This document shows positions 34,137-42,873 of a stretch of DNA of 64,000 bases, piece by piece. Position 1 is the first letter of the stretch. Each line of letters starts with the position of its first letter. The stretch lies in the IMG/VR virus record IMGVR_UViG_3300047476_001768, positions 7,367-71,366 of that record. One strand, 5' to 3'. Source of the DNA: a virus. The position numbers were made by a program, and so were the translations under genes. The notes under the pieces are model-generated. The model did not search any database. It was not told the origin of the DNA and worked only from the letters and a program-made list of their open reading frames with translations.

Positions 34137-36122
34137 ATGAGTTATAACATTATCAAAACGGACGGGACACCCTTAGCCACAGTGGCAGATGGGCAAACCA
34201 ATAGCACGGCCAGTAGTTTAACGCTGATTGGTAAAAACTATGCTGGTTATGGCACGTTCCTAAACGAAAATTTCATAAGACTACTTGAAAATTTCGCCAA
34301 TTCAAGCGCACCAAGCAACCCTATTGTGGGTCAGCTATGGTGGAAAAGCGACACAAGACTGTTGCAAGTTTATGATAGATTTGGTACCTGGAAAACCATA
34401 AGCGGTGCTCAAAGTTCCAGCGATGCACCGTCAAATGCTATTGCAGGGGATCTATGGTTTGATACTGTAAATCAACAGTTGAAAGTGTACAGCGGTGCCA
34501 GCTGGATTATTATTGGACCCAGCTTTACAGCTACCACAGGTACATCGGGTGCTATTGCTGACACTATTGTAGACACCAGCTTGATCAGCCACGTGGTGGT
34601 TAAGTTTTTTGTACAAAATCAATTGCTGGGAATAATGAGCAAAGATGCAGTGTTTACACCAAATTCAACACTGCCTGGATTTGCTACAGTCAAGCCTGGA
34701 TTTAATTTGGCAACAGATAGAATTCCTGCATTGACTTATAACGAAAATGCAAACAATGCAGCCTATTTAGGCGGTATCATTGCCAGCAACTATTTAACCA
34801 AGACCACTCCTGTTATTGAAGCTCAGTTAGAAATTCAAAATCCTGACGGTTTGATTATTCAAGAAACTGCTGGTACAGTTGATTATTTTGAAATCAATGT
34901 TGCAGGTAACAACGTGAACTTGGCCAGTCTGTTGCGTGGAAATGGTTTAATTATTAAAACCAAGCCAGACAATGCAGGCGGTCTAAGCATCAATGCAATC
35001 ACTATTGACAGAACCACTGGTCTAGTGAGTGTTAGTGCAGACCCTACAGCAGTGCTAGGTATCGCAACCAAAGGGTATGTTGACACCAATGACACTGCAA
35101 TCAAAGGATTTATTGCTGCCAACGTTAATACACTGAACACAACAATTAACACACAGTCAGCAAATGCATCTTTGGTTTACAGTAATGTGCGAGTGATTCA
35201 GAGCGAGCTAGGCATAGTAGGCGGACCTTTAAGCGGATTCGCTAATACCACACCATGGACACAGATTACAGGTCCGGCAGGTTCGGGTGGTGCAAGTCAA
35301 ACCATTGCAGCAAACATTGTGGCTTTATGGTCAAATGTTGCAGCAATTCATAGTAATGTACTGAGTGCAACTGGGGTTTCTCCTGCTGCTACTGCCAGTA
35401 TGTTTTCTAATGTAAGAGCATTGCAGAACGGTTTAAGCAGTCTTGGAACATCAGCAATTTTACGTGATGGTACTAGAAGTGTTCAAGGAACACTGTTACC
35501 AGACACCACAGAAACCTACGACTTTGGCTCTACTAGTTTAAGATATAAAGATTTCTTTGGTCGTATAGTAAACACAACTGGTAATGTGTATTCTGGTGCT
35601 AATGTAGTGGCTGGCCAAAGTGTGGTTGCCTTGAGCTCGCTTTATACCCCATCACTAATAGCCAATGCTGCAGGTGCCACAGGCACAGTAACCGGGACTT
35701 GGACTTTAACTTCTGGATCAAGATGGCAAGCTACATACGCTGACTTAGCCGAACGTTATGCAGCTGATGCGGTATACCCAGCTGGTACAATTGTAGCTCT
35801 TGGTGGTACACATGAAGTGACACAAGAAAACACTGCACTAAGTGAAGAAGTATTTGGTGTAGTCAGTCATGACTTTGCATATCTGATGAATCAAGAAGTA
35901 GGCGACAACGATACACATCCTCCAGTTGCATTAACTGGACGAGTAAAAGTGCGTGTGATCGGCAGAGTACGTCAAGGACAGCGCATAGTAGCAGCTGGCA
36001 ACGGTTGTGCTCGTGGTGCTGGTGCAGGCGAAGCCACTCCGTTCAATGTTATTGGACGAGCTATCACAGCCAAGACCAGTGACGAAGAATCACTACACGA
36101 GTGCGTGGTTAGTATTAATTAA
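34137..36122 (+). CDS. Tail fibre protein with C-terminal chaperone/peptidase G2-like domain
   Basis: 661 aa. N-terminus paralogous to 31688 (LIGKNYAGYG.FLNENF..LLENFA); C-terminal YADLAERY...GVVS...VALTGRVKV. Confidence 0.75.
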   Translation: MSYNIIKTDGTPLATVADGQTNSTASSLTLIGKNYAGYGTFLNENFIRLLENFANSSAPSNPIVGQLWWKSDTRLLQVYDRFGTWKTISGAQSSSDAPSNAIAGDLWFDTVNQQLKVYSGASWIIIGPSFTATTGTSGAIADTIVDTSLISHVVVKFFVQNQLLGIMSKDAVFTPNSTLPGFATVKPGFNLATDRIPALTYNENANNAAYLGGIIASNYLTKTTPVIEAQLEIQNPDGLIIQETAGTVDYFEINVAGNNVNLASLLRGNGLIIKTKPDNAGGLSINAITIDRTTGLVSVSADPTAVLGIATKGYVDTNDTAIKGFIAANVNTLNTTINTQSANASLVYSNVRVIQSELGIVGGPLSGFANTTPWTQITGPAGSGGASQTIAANIVALWSNVAAIHSNVLSATGVSPAATASMFSNVRALQNGLSSLGTSAILRDGTRSVQGTLLPDTTETYDFGSTSLRYKDFFGRIVNTTGNVYSGANVVAGQSVVALSSLYTPSLIANAAGATGTVTGTWTLTSGSRWQATYADLAERYAADAVYPAGTIVALGGTHEVTQENTALSEEVFGVVSHDFAYLMNQEVGDNDTHPPVALTGRVKVRVIGRVRQGQRIVAAGNGCARGAGAGEATPFNVIGRAITAKTSDEESLHECVVSIN

Positions 36123-36480
36123 TTGATAGGACCGCGTTGGCGATCAGTAGATCGCCTTCGTGGCTTATGCTTACATTGCACAAGCAACCACTTACACGTT
36201 TGCCAAGTTCGTGCCCAAAAGAAATTAACGGTTGCCCTTTAGGTGATTTGCTTAATTGAATATTTTTCCAAACAACATCTTCGGCAATACCTGTTCCAAA
36301 TGATTTAGACACAGCTTCTTTTACTGCCCACGCACGAGCAAGAAACTTGCCTTGGTCGTTGGATAATAAAAACTCTTCGTGTTCTTTTTCCGTTAGTATA
36401 CGTTCTGCCAGTCGATCCTTGCGTGGCATTTCACGAAATCTTGATACGTCAACTAAGTCTATTCCTGTGCCTAAAATCAT
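36115..36480 (-). CDS. acpS: Holo-ACP synthase (phosphopantetheinyl transferase)
   Basis: 121 aa. GTGIDLV, FLARAWAVKEAVSKSFGTG, G.P, VSISH. Confidence 0.93.
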   Translation of the reverse strand: MILGTGIDLVDVSRFREMPRKDRLAERILTEKEHEEFLLSNDQGKFLARAWAVKEAVSKSFGTGIAEDVVWKNIQLSKSPKGQPLISFGHELGKRVSGCLCNVSISHEGDLLIANAVLSIN

Positions 36481-36482
36481 GT

Positions 36483-37262
36483 TTACACCTTAAAAAATTT
36501 ATCTATAATCCATGCAGCAGGATCATGTTCTCCTGGCATCATGGCCTGATTATAACTGCGCATGTTGTGATGATGATTGTTGTGTAAACCTTCACCAAAT
36601 TGAAATCGTTGAATCCATTTATTATTCCAACTGTTATCACCTGTGTTAAAGTTTTGATATGAGCCTGGAATTTTCCAATGACTGATTAAATTTGTAACAA
36701 TGTTACCATGTAGCAAACTCCAACCAGCAGGAGATATCAATCCAAACAGCAATAATTTCCAACTGACTGTGCCGACTAATATACACAGCACGACCCAGAT
36801 TGAAAAATAATTGTGATGGATAAAAGTTAACAATGAATTTTTAACAAGATGTTTTGGACTCAGACCGATAGACTTTTCATTTGCAAAATAATTTTCTCCG
36901 CGTAAAGGCCAAAGCAGCGCAGTGTGCAACCACCCGTCGCGAGGACTGTGGAGGTCTTGTGTGGTATCACTGTGCCTATGATGATAAAGATGATGGGTAC
37001 TCCAGGATATTGGACTACCTTGCCCGGTTAACACACTGCCACATGCCAGTAGTATTGATCTCTTTGTCCCAGTTACAAAACTATTATGAGCAAAATATCT
37101 ATGCAGACCAATTTGTAAAAAAACAAAATTGATTACCTTGGTCCAAGCAAAACTTGCGATCAACCACCACCACATGGAATATTGTACGGCAATTATTACA
37201 CTAATTGGTACACTGAGCAATGCCAAGAGGTAAAACAGTCTATACTGAATATTAAATTTCAT
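36483..37262 (-). CDS. Delta9-type membrane fatty acid desaturase #1
   Basis: 259 aa with hydrophobic segments. His boxes HRYFAH, HHLYHH and GEGLHNNHH; DLHSP. Confidence 0.92.
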   Translation of the reverse strand: MKFNIQYRLFYLLALLSVPISVIIAVQYSMWWWLIASFAWTKVINFVFLQIGLHRYFAHNSFVTGTKRSILLACGSVLTGQGSPISWSTHHLYHHRHSDTTQDLHSPRDGWLHTALLWPLRGENYFANEKSIGLSPKHLVKNSLLTFIHHNYFSIWVVLCILVGTVSWKLLLFGLISPAGWSLLHGNIVTNLISHWKIPGSYQNFNTGDNSWNNKWIQRFQFGEGLHNNHHHNMRSYNQAMMPGEHDPAAWIIDKFFKV

Positions 37263-37268
37263 AGCGGT

Positions 37269-37284
37269 AATATTTATAAATATT
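37269..37284. promoter_or_regulatory. Palindromic bidirectional late promoter (TATAAATA on both strands)
   Basis: AATATTTATAAATATT is a perfect 16-bp palindrome. TATAAATA at 37275-37282 (+) and 37271-37278 (-), between divergent desaturase and ACP genes. Confidence 0.65.
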
Positions 37285-37298
37285 TAGGAGGTTATATA

Positions 37299-37562
37299 AT
37301 GAACTCAATTGAACAACAACTGCTTGAAATAGTCAAACTGCATTTTAATAAAAAGAAATTGCCTAAATTGCATCTGGATCTAACTTTTCGCAAGGATCTG
37401 GGGCTTGATAGTCTAAGCCTTACTGAATTGATTTTGGCATGCGAAGAAAAATTTGAAGTTGAAATTGATGTAGAACATCCATTAACTGCACAAGCTAAAA
37501 CGTTACGCGACTTGTATAATGCTTTAGAGATGCTTATCGGTCACTTCGAATCAAGTAAATGA
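37299..37562 (+). CDS. acpP: Acyl carrier protein
   Basis: 87 aa from ATG 37299 with AGGAGG SD at 37286-37291 (the track start at 37182 is TTG). DLGLDSL phosphopantetheine site, EEKFEVEI. Confidence 0.9.
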   Translation: MNSIEQQLLEIVKLHFNKKKLPKLHLDLTFRKDLGLDSLSLTELILACEEKFEVEIDVEHPLTAQAKTLRDLYNALEMLIGHFESSK

Positions 37563-38313
37563 GCCAAGCGGTGGGGTCAAGTTCCCACCAGCGTTTGCCA
37601 AAATTACTACTGCTAGCAACTCCGTGATGATTATTATGCCAGGCTTCGCCTAGTATCAAAGGCCAAAGCCAAATCACGTTCATGCTATGATCTTTGGTTT
37701 CAAAATTACGATATCCTAATTTGGTATAATGATTTACACTGGTATTCAAAGCATAGCTGTGAAATGCAATAAAAGCTGGAAACATCACGCCCCATAACCA
37801 TAACACCGGACTGATACAAATTAAAATAGCATGACTGATCCAAAAGATAGAAAGATAGTGATTGTGTGCAAAAACCACGTCTGGATCCCGCATGAGATCA
37901 ACCACATACTTAGGACTCAAACTGTCCTGCTTCATTTTAAACATCCATAAAAAATAAGCATGCCAAAATCCCTGATGCGGGCTATGAGGATCACGATCGG
38001 TGTCTGACAGCCTATGATGATAGCCTCTATGTATCAATACCCAGTAGATTGGGCTGCCTTGTCCACTCATGATAGCACACCATATCATAAAACATTTACG
38101 CAATCTGCCAGTTTGGAAACTTTTATGACTAAGCAGTCTGTGATAACAAGCACTAAGTCCTAACATCATGAGTAGTATATAGCCAACGATACTATATATC
38201 CACCAATAGGTACTTGGCTCGGTGGTCAGCAGATATATTGAATAGATTCCTGCTGCTTGTATAGGTAACCATCCGCCCCACATAGGAGCCCAAAATTTTA
38301 TTTTCTCGACCAT
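37534..38313 (-). CDS. Delta9-type membrane fatty acid desaturase #2
   Basis: HRLLSH, HRGYHH, DPHSP, GEAWHNNHH, WWELDP. Start set at ATG 38313 (259 aa). Confidence 0.92.
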   Translation of the reverse strand: MVEKIKFWAPMWGGWLPIQAAGIYSIYLLTTEPSTYWWIYSIVGYILLMMLGLSACYHRLLSHKSFQTGRLRKCFMIWCAIMSGQGSPIYWVLIHRGYHHRLSDTDRDPHSPHQGFWHAYFLWMFKMKQDSLSPKYVVDLMRDPDVVFAHNHYLSIFWISHAILICISPVLWLWGVMFPAFIAFHSYALNTSVNHYTKLGYRNFETKDHSMNVIWLWPLILGEAWHNNHHGVASSSNFGKRWWELDPTAWLIYLIRSDR

Positions 38314-38843
38314 TGTTCTAAAAGATTCTGATTTCCCTGATACACAATACGTTGCCAACAGCTTTCATCTGTTGCGTTATCGCACACTTGGTAACGATGA
38401 TGATCATATTCAAATTCTAGGTTGTAATTGTGCTTATACTGATCCACCGTCCACTGTTGCCAATTGGGTGCTTCTCTGCTGATAAAGATTAACTCAACTT
38501 CTGTGTGTTCTTTTAACCAATTAATCTGAGAACGCAACAGATGTTCACCTTCCGGCATAAGATTACGTATAGGCCCTTCACTGTGACTCACTGACCACAA
38601 TCTATTTATAATACGATAAGTGTTGGACGGCCAGCACGACCGATTTAATATACTGGCACATAGTACAGGCATACCGTACTGATTAAATGCGATGGTTAGT
38701 GCCAAACATTCATTATAAAAATGATCTTGATTATAATTTTTCCATAACGGATGATCTTGATTTCTATAATTTCGTTCTCTTAAATGTTCAAACAGTGGAT
38801 CCCAAAGTGTATCGGTTCCCGGACGCCAAGTTATTGCATGCAT
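38298..38843 (-). CDS. Hypothetical protein, possible GNAT-like fold
   Basis: 181 aa coupled to desaturase #2. The helix/strand pattern (LTIAF..G.PVLCASI...YRIINRLW) only suggests GNAT. Confidence 0.35.
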   Translation of the reverse strand: MHAITWRPGTDTLWDPLFEHLRERNYRNQDHPLWKNYNQDHFYNECLALTIAFNQYGMPVLCASILNRSCWPSNTYRIINRLWSVSHSEGPIRNLMPEGEHLLRSQINWLKEHTEVELIFISREAPNWQQWTVDQYKHNYNLEFEYDHHRYQVCDNATDESCWQRIVYQGNQNLLEQWSRK

Positions 38844-38868
38844 AAATTAATTTTTGAAAATGGTTTAA

Positions 38869-38890
38869 AGTAAATATACGTATACTTAGT
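38869..38890. promoter_or_regulatory. Opposed late-promoter-like boxes AGTAAATA (+) and ACTAAGTA (-)
   Basis: In the divergent gap 38844-38915. Confidence 0.4.
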
Positions 38891-38915
38891 TTTCCTATTG
38901 GCATCTTTAAATTAT

Positions 38916-39434
38916 ATGAAAAATGATCATGAGTTTTACTACGAATTAATTAACGAGTTTCTTGACATTGATGCTCTAATGGATTTTTATAAGAACACCA
39001 AAGACACTGATTGGAGAATGCATCATGGATTTAGAATGTGTTTTGTTCCTCTAAATTCAATATTATGGAAAACAGCTTTTTTACAAAAACTTTTTGACAA
39101 TTATAGAATAGATATAAATCTTTTTGAAGTAGATCCTTTAACGTTCTATGTCTGGCACGTTGACATTCCTAGACAGACATGTATAAATGTTTTGCTACAA
39201 GGATATGATGGCTACACTTTTTACTCGTCGCCAAAAGTCATTAACGAAAAACAAATTGGGCAGCTAAGACAGATTACAGAAGTAAAATATGCTCCAAACA
39301 AAGCATTGCTTTTGAATGTAAGAAAAGAGCATTGTGTTATGGTTAAAGAGCAAAAAAGATTATTAATGTCAATGTCGGTTTATGGAACCACATATGACGA
39401 GGTATTGAAATTCTGCAAAGAAAATAACATATAA
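38916..39434 (+). CDS. 2OG-Fe(II) oxygenase/cupin-like protein
   Basis: WHVD (HxD), distal EHCV, then R.LMSM. ATG 38916 preferred over TTG 38898. Confidence 0.65.
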   Translation: MKNDHEFYYELINEFLDIDALMDFYKNTKDTDWRMHHGFRMCFVPLNSILWKTAFLQKLFDNYRIDINLFEVDPLTFYVWHVDIPRQTCINVLLQGYDGYTFYSSPKVINEKQIGQLRQITEVKYAPNKALLLNVRKEHCVMVKEQKRLLMSMSVYGTTYDEVLKFCKENNI

Positions 39435-39438
39435 TAAA

Positions 39439-40347
39439 ATGTTCCATTATCTTGAAAACAATTGGATGAAGTGGTATTACGACGACGACCCGTCTAACCT
39501 TTTTAGAACCAATACCAATCAAATTTTTAATATTGACTTTGAATTAGATTCTGCTCCTTGTCTGGATCTTAGAACAGAAATGATTCGCGCATGTCATAGC
39601 ATTAGAGATTATTATCCAAATGATAAATTTAGTTTGATGTTGTCTGGAGGTAGCGAAAGCGAGATGCTGGTTAGAGCCTTTAAAGAGTCTGGTGTGCCTT
39701 TTGAGGTATATATTGGAAGATATGAAAACCATTTAAATATCTATGATGTGTCTTACGCGGTAGTGGCATGCGAAACTATGGGTGTTCCTTATAAATTTAT
39801 TGACTTTAATACTAAAAAATTTTTTGAAAACGATGTTGTGGAGTGTAGTATAAAGGCAGAAATTACAATTCCACCAATCTTGGTTATTTTGGCATTGACT
39901 GATAAAGTGGATGGTATTCCTATACTTGGAGATGGTAACCCAGAACTTTGGAGATTTACTCCAGGGTACGAAAAGACTGGAATCTGGGCTAATGTAGAAA
40001 TAGAATACGACTTTGGAAGAACCAAGTATTTTATGCGACAGAACAGAATTGGTATATCTGATTGGTTACGTTGGTCGCATAGATTATTAAAAGCCTATGC
40101 CAAAACCAAATGGTTCGGAGACTTAACATCGGATCGTATAATTGGCAAAAGAGGAGTGCATTCAACCAAAATACAGGGCTACCGGGAAGCCTGGCCAGAA
40201 ATGACTAATAGAGTTAAAAAGCATGGATTTGAAGATATACATGATTATCTTTTTAATGATCTTCAAAAAGAACTTGCATTAAATTATCACGGTGGTTGTT
40301 TATATAGACAGGTAGTGCTTTCTCCAATAGACAAAATTTATTTTTAA
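39439..40347 (+). CDS. PP-loop (adenine nucleotide alpha-hydrolase / asparagine synthase C-domain-like) ATPase
   Basis: 302 aa. LMLSGGSESE (variant of SGGxDS), ILGDG, C-terminal K.HGFE; no glutaminase domain. Confidence 0.6.
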   Translation: MFHYLENNWMKWYYDDDPSNLFRTNTNQIFNIDFELDSAPCLDLRTEMIRACHSIRDYYPNDKFSLMLSGGSESEMLVRAFKESGVPFEVYIGRYENHLNIYDVSYAVVACETMGVPYKFIDFNTKKFFENDVVECSIKAEITIPPILVILALTDKVDGIPILGDGNPELWRFTPGYEKTGIWANVEIEYDFGRTKYFMRQNRIGISDWLRWSHRLLKAYAKTKWFGDLTSDRIIGKRGVHSTKIQGYREAWPEMTNRVKKHGFEDIHDYLFNDLQKELALNYHGGCLYRQVVLSPIDKIYF

Positions 40348-40348
40348 C

Positions 40349-40894
40349 ATGAATCAACACTCTGGATACTTTGTACAAACGCCAAATTGCATTGAAGTTG
40401 ATTTCGGCATGGTTCAGACCATGAAGGATCGTCAAGTAAACCAGTATGGGGATGATACAGTGCTTACCTACTTTGCAGTAGACTACAAAAAACTCACGCA
40501 TCTTGTGTTTAGAGATTTTTGTAAAATACCTCCTACTTATGTAGTATATGCGGAGATTCTTGGAGGATCTCTTCTATCTCCGCATAAAGATCATAATGTG
40601 TATGCAAGTTTAAACTATTATGTTTCTGCCGGCCAGGATGAAACAATATTTTTTGAGAAAAAAGATAAAAATATAAAAGGATATCCTGCATCTGGACAAA
40701 CCATGGATAATATTTTTAAAATAGAAGATCTAGATGAAATAACTAGTTTTATAGCAAATACCAACGAAACCTATTTGTTAAATGTAGAAAAAATACATTG
40801 TGTTAAAAAGTTTTCAACTCAAGTAAGATCTTTTATTGCATTTCAGTGGTGTCATAATACATACAATGAAGTTTTGGAGAATTTAATCATATGA
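40349..40894 (+). CDS. 2OG-Fe(II) oxygenase/cupin-like protein
   Basis: 181 aa. PHKD, SLNYY, IHCV, R.FIAF; paralogous pattern to 38916. Confidence 0.65.
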   Translation: MNQHSGYFVQTPNCIEVDFGMVQTMKDRQVNQYGDDTVLTYFAVDYKKLTHLVFRDFCKIPPTYVVYAEILGGSLLSPHKDHNVYASLNYYVSAGQDETIFFEKKDKNIKGYPASGQTMDNIFKIEDLDEITSFIANTNETYLLNVEKIHCVKKFSTQVRSFIAFQWCHNTYNEVLENLII

Positions 40895-41367
40895 CAACTT
40901 TATGCGAAAGCATTTTAGTGGACAACGTAGAAGTTAAAATTTGGCATTCGCCACACATACATCTAAGATTGGTTCTAAGTTCAGTAATGAAAAAAATAGC
41001 AGACATGCTTGATAAAAAACAACTATTTTCTAATTTAGATTGGGGAAAATTTGGAGAATCACAAGTGGTCTGGGCCACAACACCCAACGATCTAATTATA
41101 GGTGGTATTTGTTTTTCTATAGATAAACCGCATAATATGGCACAGATTGACTTTGTGTTTACTGAAAACGAAAGTTTGTATAACGCAGAAATTAACAATC
41201 TGTGCATGGCTCATGTTAAATTAATTTCTAAAAAACTTGGATTAACTGGGATAATGCAGCACATACATGTTGATAACAAACAAGATATTCAGCTAGCACA
41301 AGATGCTGGAATGACAGCATCTTTTTATTTGTTAACTCGACCTTTGATTGATGATCATCTGTTATGA
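40891..41367 (+). CDS. GNAT-fold protein (degenerate CoA motif)
   Basis: 158 aa. VVWA...IIGGICF...AQIDFVFT...HVDN; paralogous to the next gene. Confidence 0.5.
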   Translation: MTTLCESILVDNVEVKIWHSPHIHLRLVLSSVMKKIADMLDKKQLFSNLDWGKFGESQVVWATTPNDLIIGGICFSIDKPHNMAQIDFVFTENESLYNAEINNLCMAHVKLISKKLGLTGIMQHIHVDNKQDIQLAQDAGMTASFYLLTRPLIDDHLL

Positions 41368-41840
41368 CTATCTCTTTATTAGGAACTCATGCAGATAAAG
41401 CTGGAAACAATATTCATGTGTTTTTTTCTAACAATATTCCATCTACTCCGGCATGCAGTTTATTATTTAGAACATACAGAGAGTTACTAGAAAATAATCT
41501 TGGAACACAGAGATTTTATTGGGAAGAATTTTCTAAATGTTATATTATTTGGGGCGAAGACGATGATAAAAATGTTCTGAGTGGACTAGTTTTTGGATTA
41601 ATAGATGGGTGGAAAGCTTCTTGTGTTTATACTGCGTTTTCGGAGCCAACAGCAAGAAATAGAGGCATCAGCAAAATATGCTTTCCTTACTATCTAGAAA
41701 AGTCTAAAGAAATTGGCGCCATTCGAACCATGAGTTGTGTGTCGGTGAATAATCAAGACGTGATTAAAAATTCAAATGGAAAGTTAGTTAGTTATTCTGG
41801 CCCCCCTCCTACAATGATAATTTTTACAACAAAAATTTAA
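41364..41840 (+). CDS. GNAT family acyltransferase
   Basis: 158 aa. P.ARNRGIS (R/QxxGxS/A CoA motif), VSVNN. Confidence 0.7.
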   Translation: MTISLLGTHADKAGNNIHVFFSNNIPSTPACSLLFRTYRELLENNLGTQRFYWEEFSKCYIIWGEDDDKNVLSGLVFGLIDGWKASCVYTAFSEPTARNRGISKICFPYYLEKSKEIGAIRTMSCVSVNNQDVIKNSNGKLVSYSGPPPTMIIFTTKI

Positions 41841-41841
41841 T

Positions 41842-42282
41842 ATGTCAGTTGTTTTTATATTCCTTACCTGGACTTTTTTGCTGTATTGGATCCATAGAGC
41901 GGTTCATAAAATTCCTGTTATAAACTCGTTACATTGGGATCATCACAAATACATCAACACCCACGAAACCTTTTGGCATTGGAACAACATTTTTTTATTC
42001 AATGACACTTGGGCAAGCACTGTTGATTTATGGATTACTGAAGTGGTTCCGACTATAATTTTTAGTTACTGTACCGGCGAGTGGTGGATTTTTATTTTTT
42101 ATTATGCGTGGGCTGCATTTTTACAAGAGACTGTAGAACACAACAAAAAATTTAATTGGTATCCATTTTTAACCAGCGGCAGATGGCATTTGTTGCATCA
42201 TAAGAATAATAAAATAAATTTTGGATTATTTTTTCCTGTGTGGGATATACTGTTTCAAACACACAAATCTTTAAAAACTTAA
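41842..42282 (+). CDS. Fatty acid hydroxylase / sterol desaturase family protein
   Basis: 146 aa. YWIHRAVH, HWDHH, HLLHH, NFGLFFPVWDILF.T. Confidence 0.88.
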   Translation: MSVVFIFLTWTFLLYWIHRAVHKIPVINSLHWDHHKYINTHETFWHWNNIFLFNDTWASTVDLWITEVVPTIIFSYCTGEWWIFIFYYAWAAFLQETVEHNKKFNWYPFLTSGRWHLLHHKNNKINFGLFFPVWDILFQTHKSLKT

Positions 42283-42873
42283 AATTTCTTTTCTATATTC
42301 TTGTTTTAAGGTTCCTGCTCGTATTCTTAAATCCAGCGGCCAAGTCTGATATCCCATAAGCCAACGCATATATTCGTATGGTGGATTGGTATTCGCTAAA
42401 ATTTTATATTCATCAACCCAGTGATATTTTTTAATTTCTGGAACTTGATTGTGCCAGGATGCGATCTTATTTTTCATTTTGCCCGTGGCATCGCTGGTAA
42501 AGGATGGAAAATTATCTCTAGCTAGATAGATGCAAGAACTTAGTTTTCTTTTAATAGCTTCTAAAAACATCTCGTTAATTATTTCAAGTCCATGCGTGGT
42601 ATTAAAGTTAGTATAAGTCATTTTAATATTGGCATAGTATAACCAAAACCAAGTTGGAGCATGAGGGGTTTGAAACAAGGTAGTCATACTTAATAATTTA
42701 CCGCTCTTAATCCATCCAATTGAATATGCCTGACTGTGACAAATACGTTCATTAAAAAATAGTACGTTATCAATACGATTGTCGTATTCGAGCCCTAGTT
42801 TCCATTGCCCTGGGTTATTATCTTTTAATTCAAGAAACAAATCTAGATGTTGACTAGTAAGACGTGTTAACAT
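42271..42873 (-). CDS. Hypothetical protein, possible GNAT-like
   Basis: 200 aa. The N-terminus RLTSQHLD and SIGWIKSGKLLSM resemble GNAT starts. Confidence 0.35.
   Translation of the reverse strand: MLTRLTSQHLDLFLELKDNNPGQWKLGLEYDNRIDNVLFFNERICHSQAYSIGWIKSGKLLSMTTLFQTPHAPTWFWLYYANIKMTYTNFNTTHGLEIINEMFLEAIKRKLSSCIYLARDNFPSFTSDATGKMKNKIASWHNQVPEIKKYHWVDEYKILANTNPPYEYMRWLMGYQTWPLDLRIRAGTLKQEYRKEILSF

Noticed and set aside
468-35152. Many 60-164 aa ORFs antisense to, or nested in, the structural genes (e.g. 468-743, 20841-21335, 30448-30867)
   Set aside because: Shadow frames of long, well-supported genes; no recognisable motifs or SD sequences.
36111-36126. Tail fibre and AcpS both end in SIN-stop
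   Set aside because: Largely forced by the self-complementary ATTAATTAAT overlap; no evidence of a target-site duplication or functional meaning.
37182-37298. 39-aa N-terminal extension of the ACP in the ORF track
   Set aside because: Begins at TTG inside the opposite-strand desaturase; AGGAGG plus ATG 37299 is the better start.
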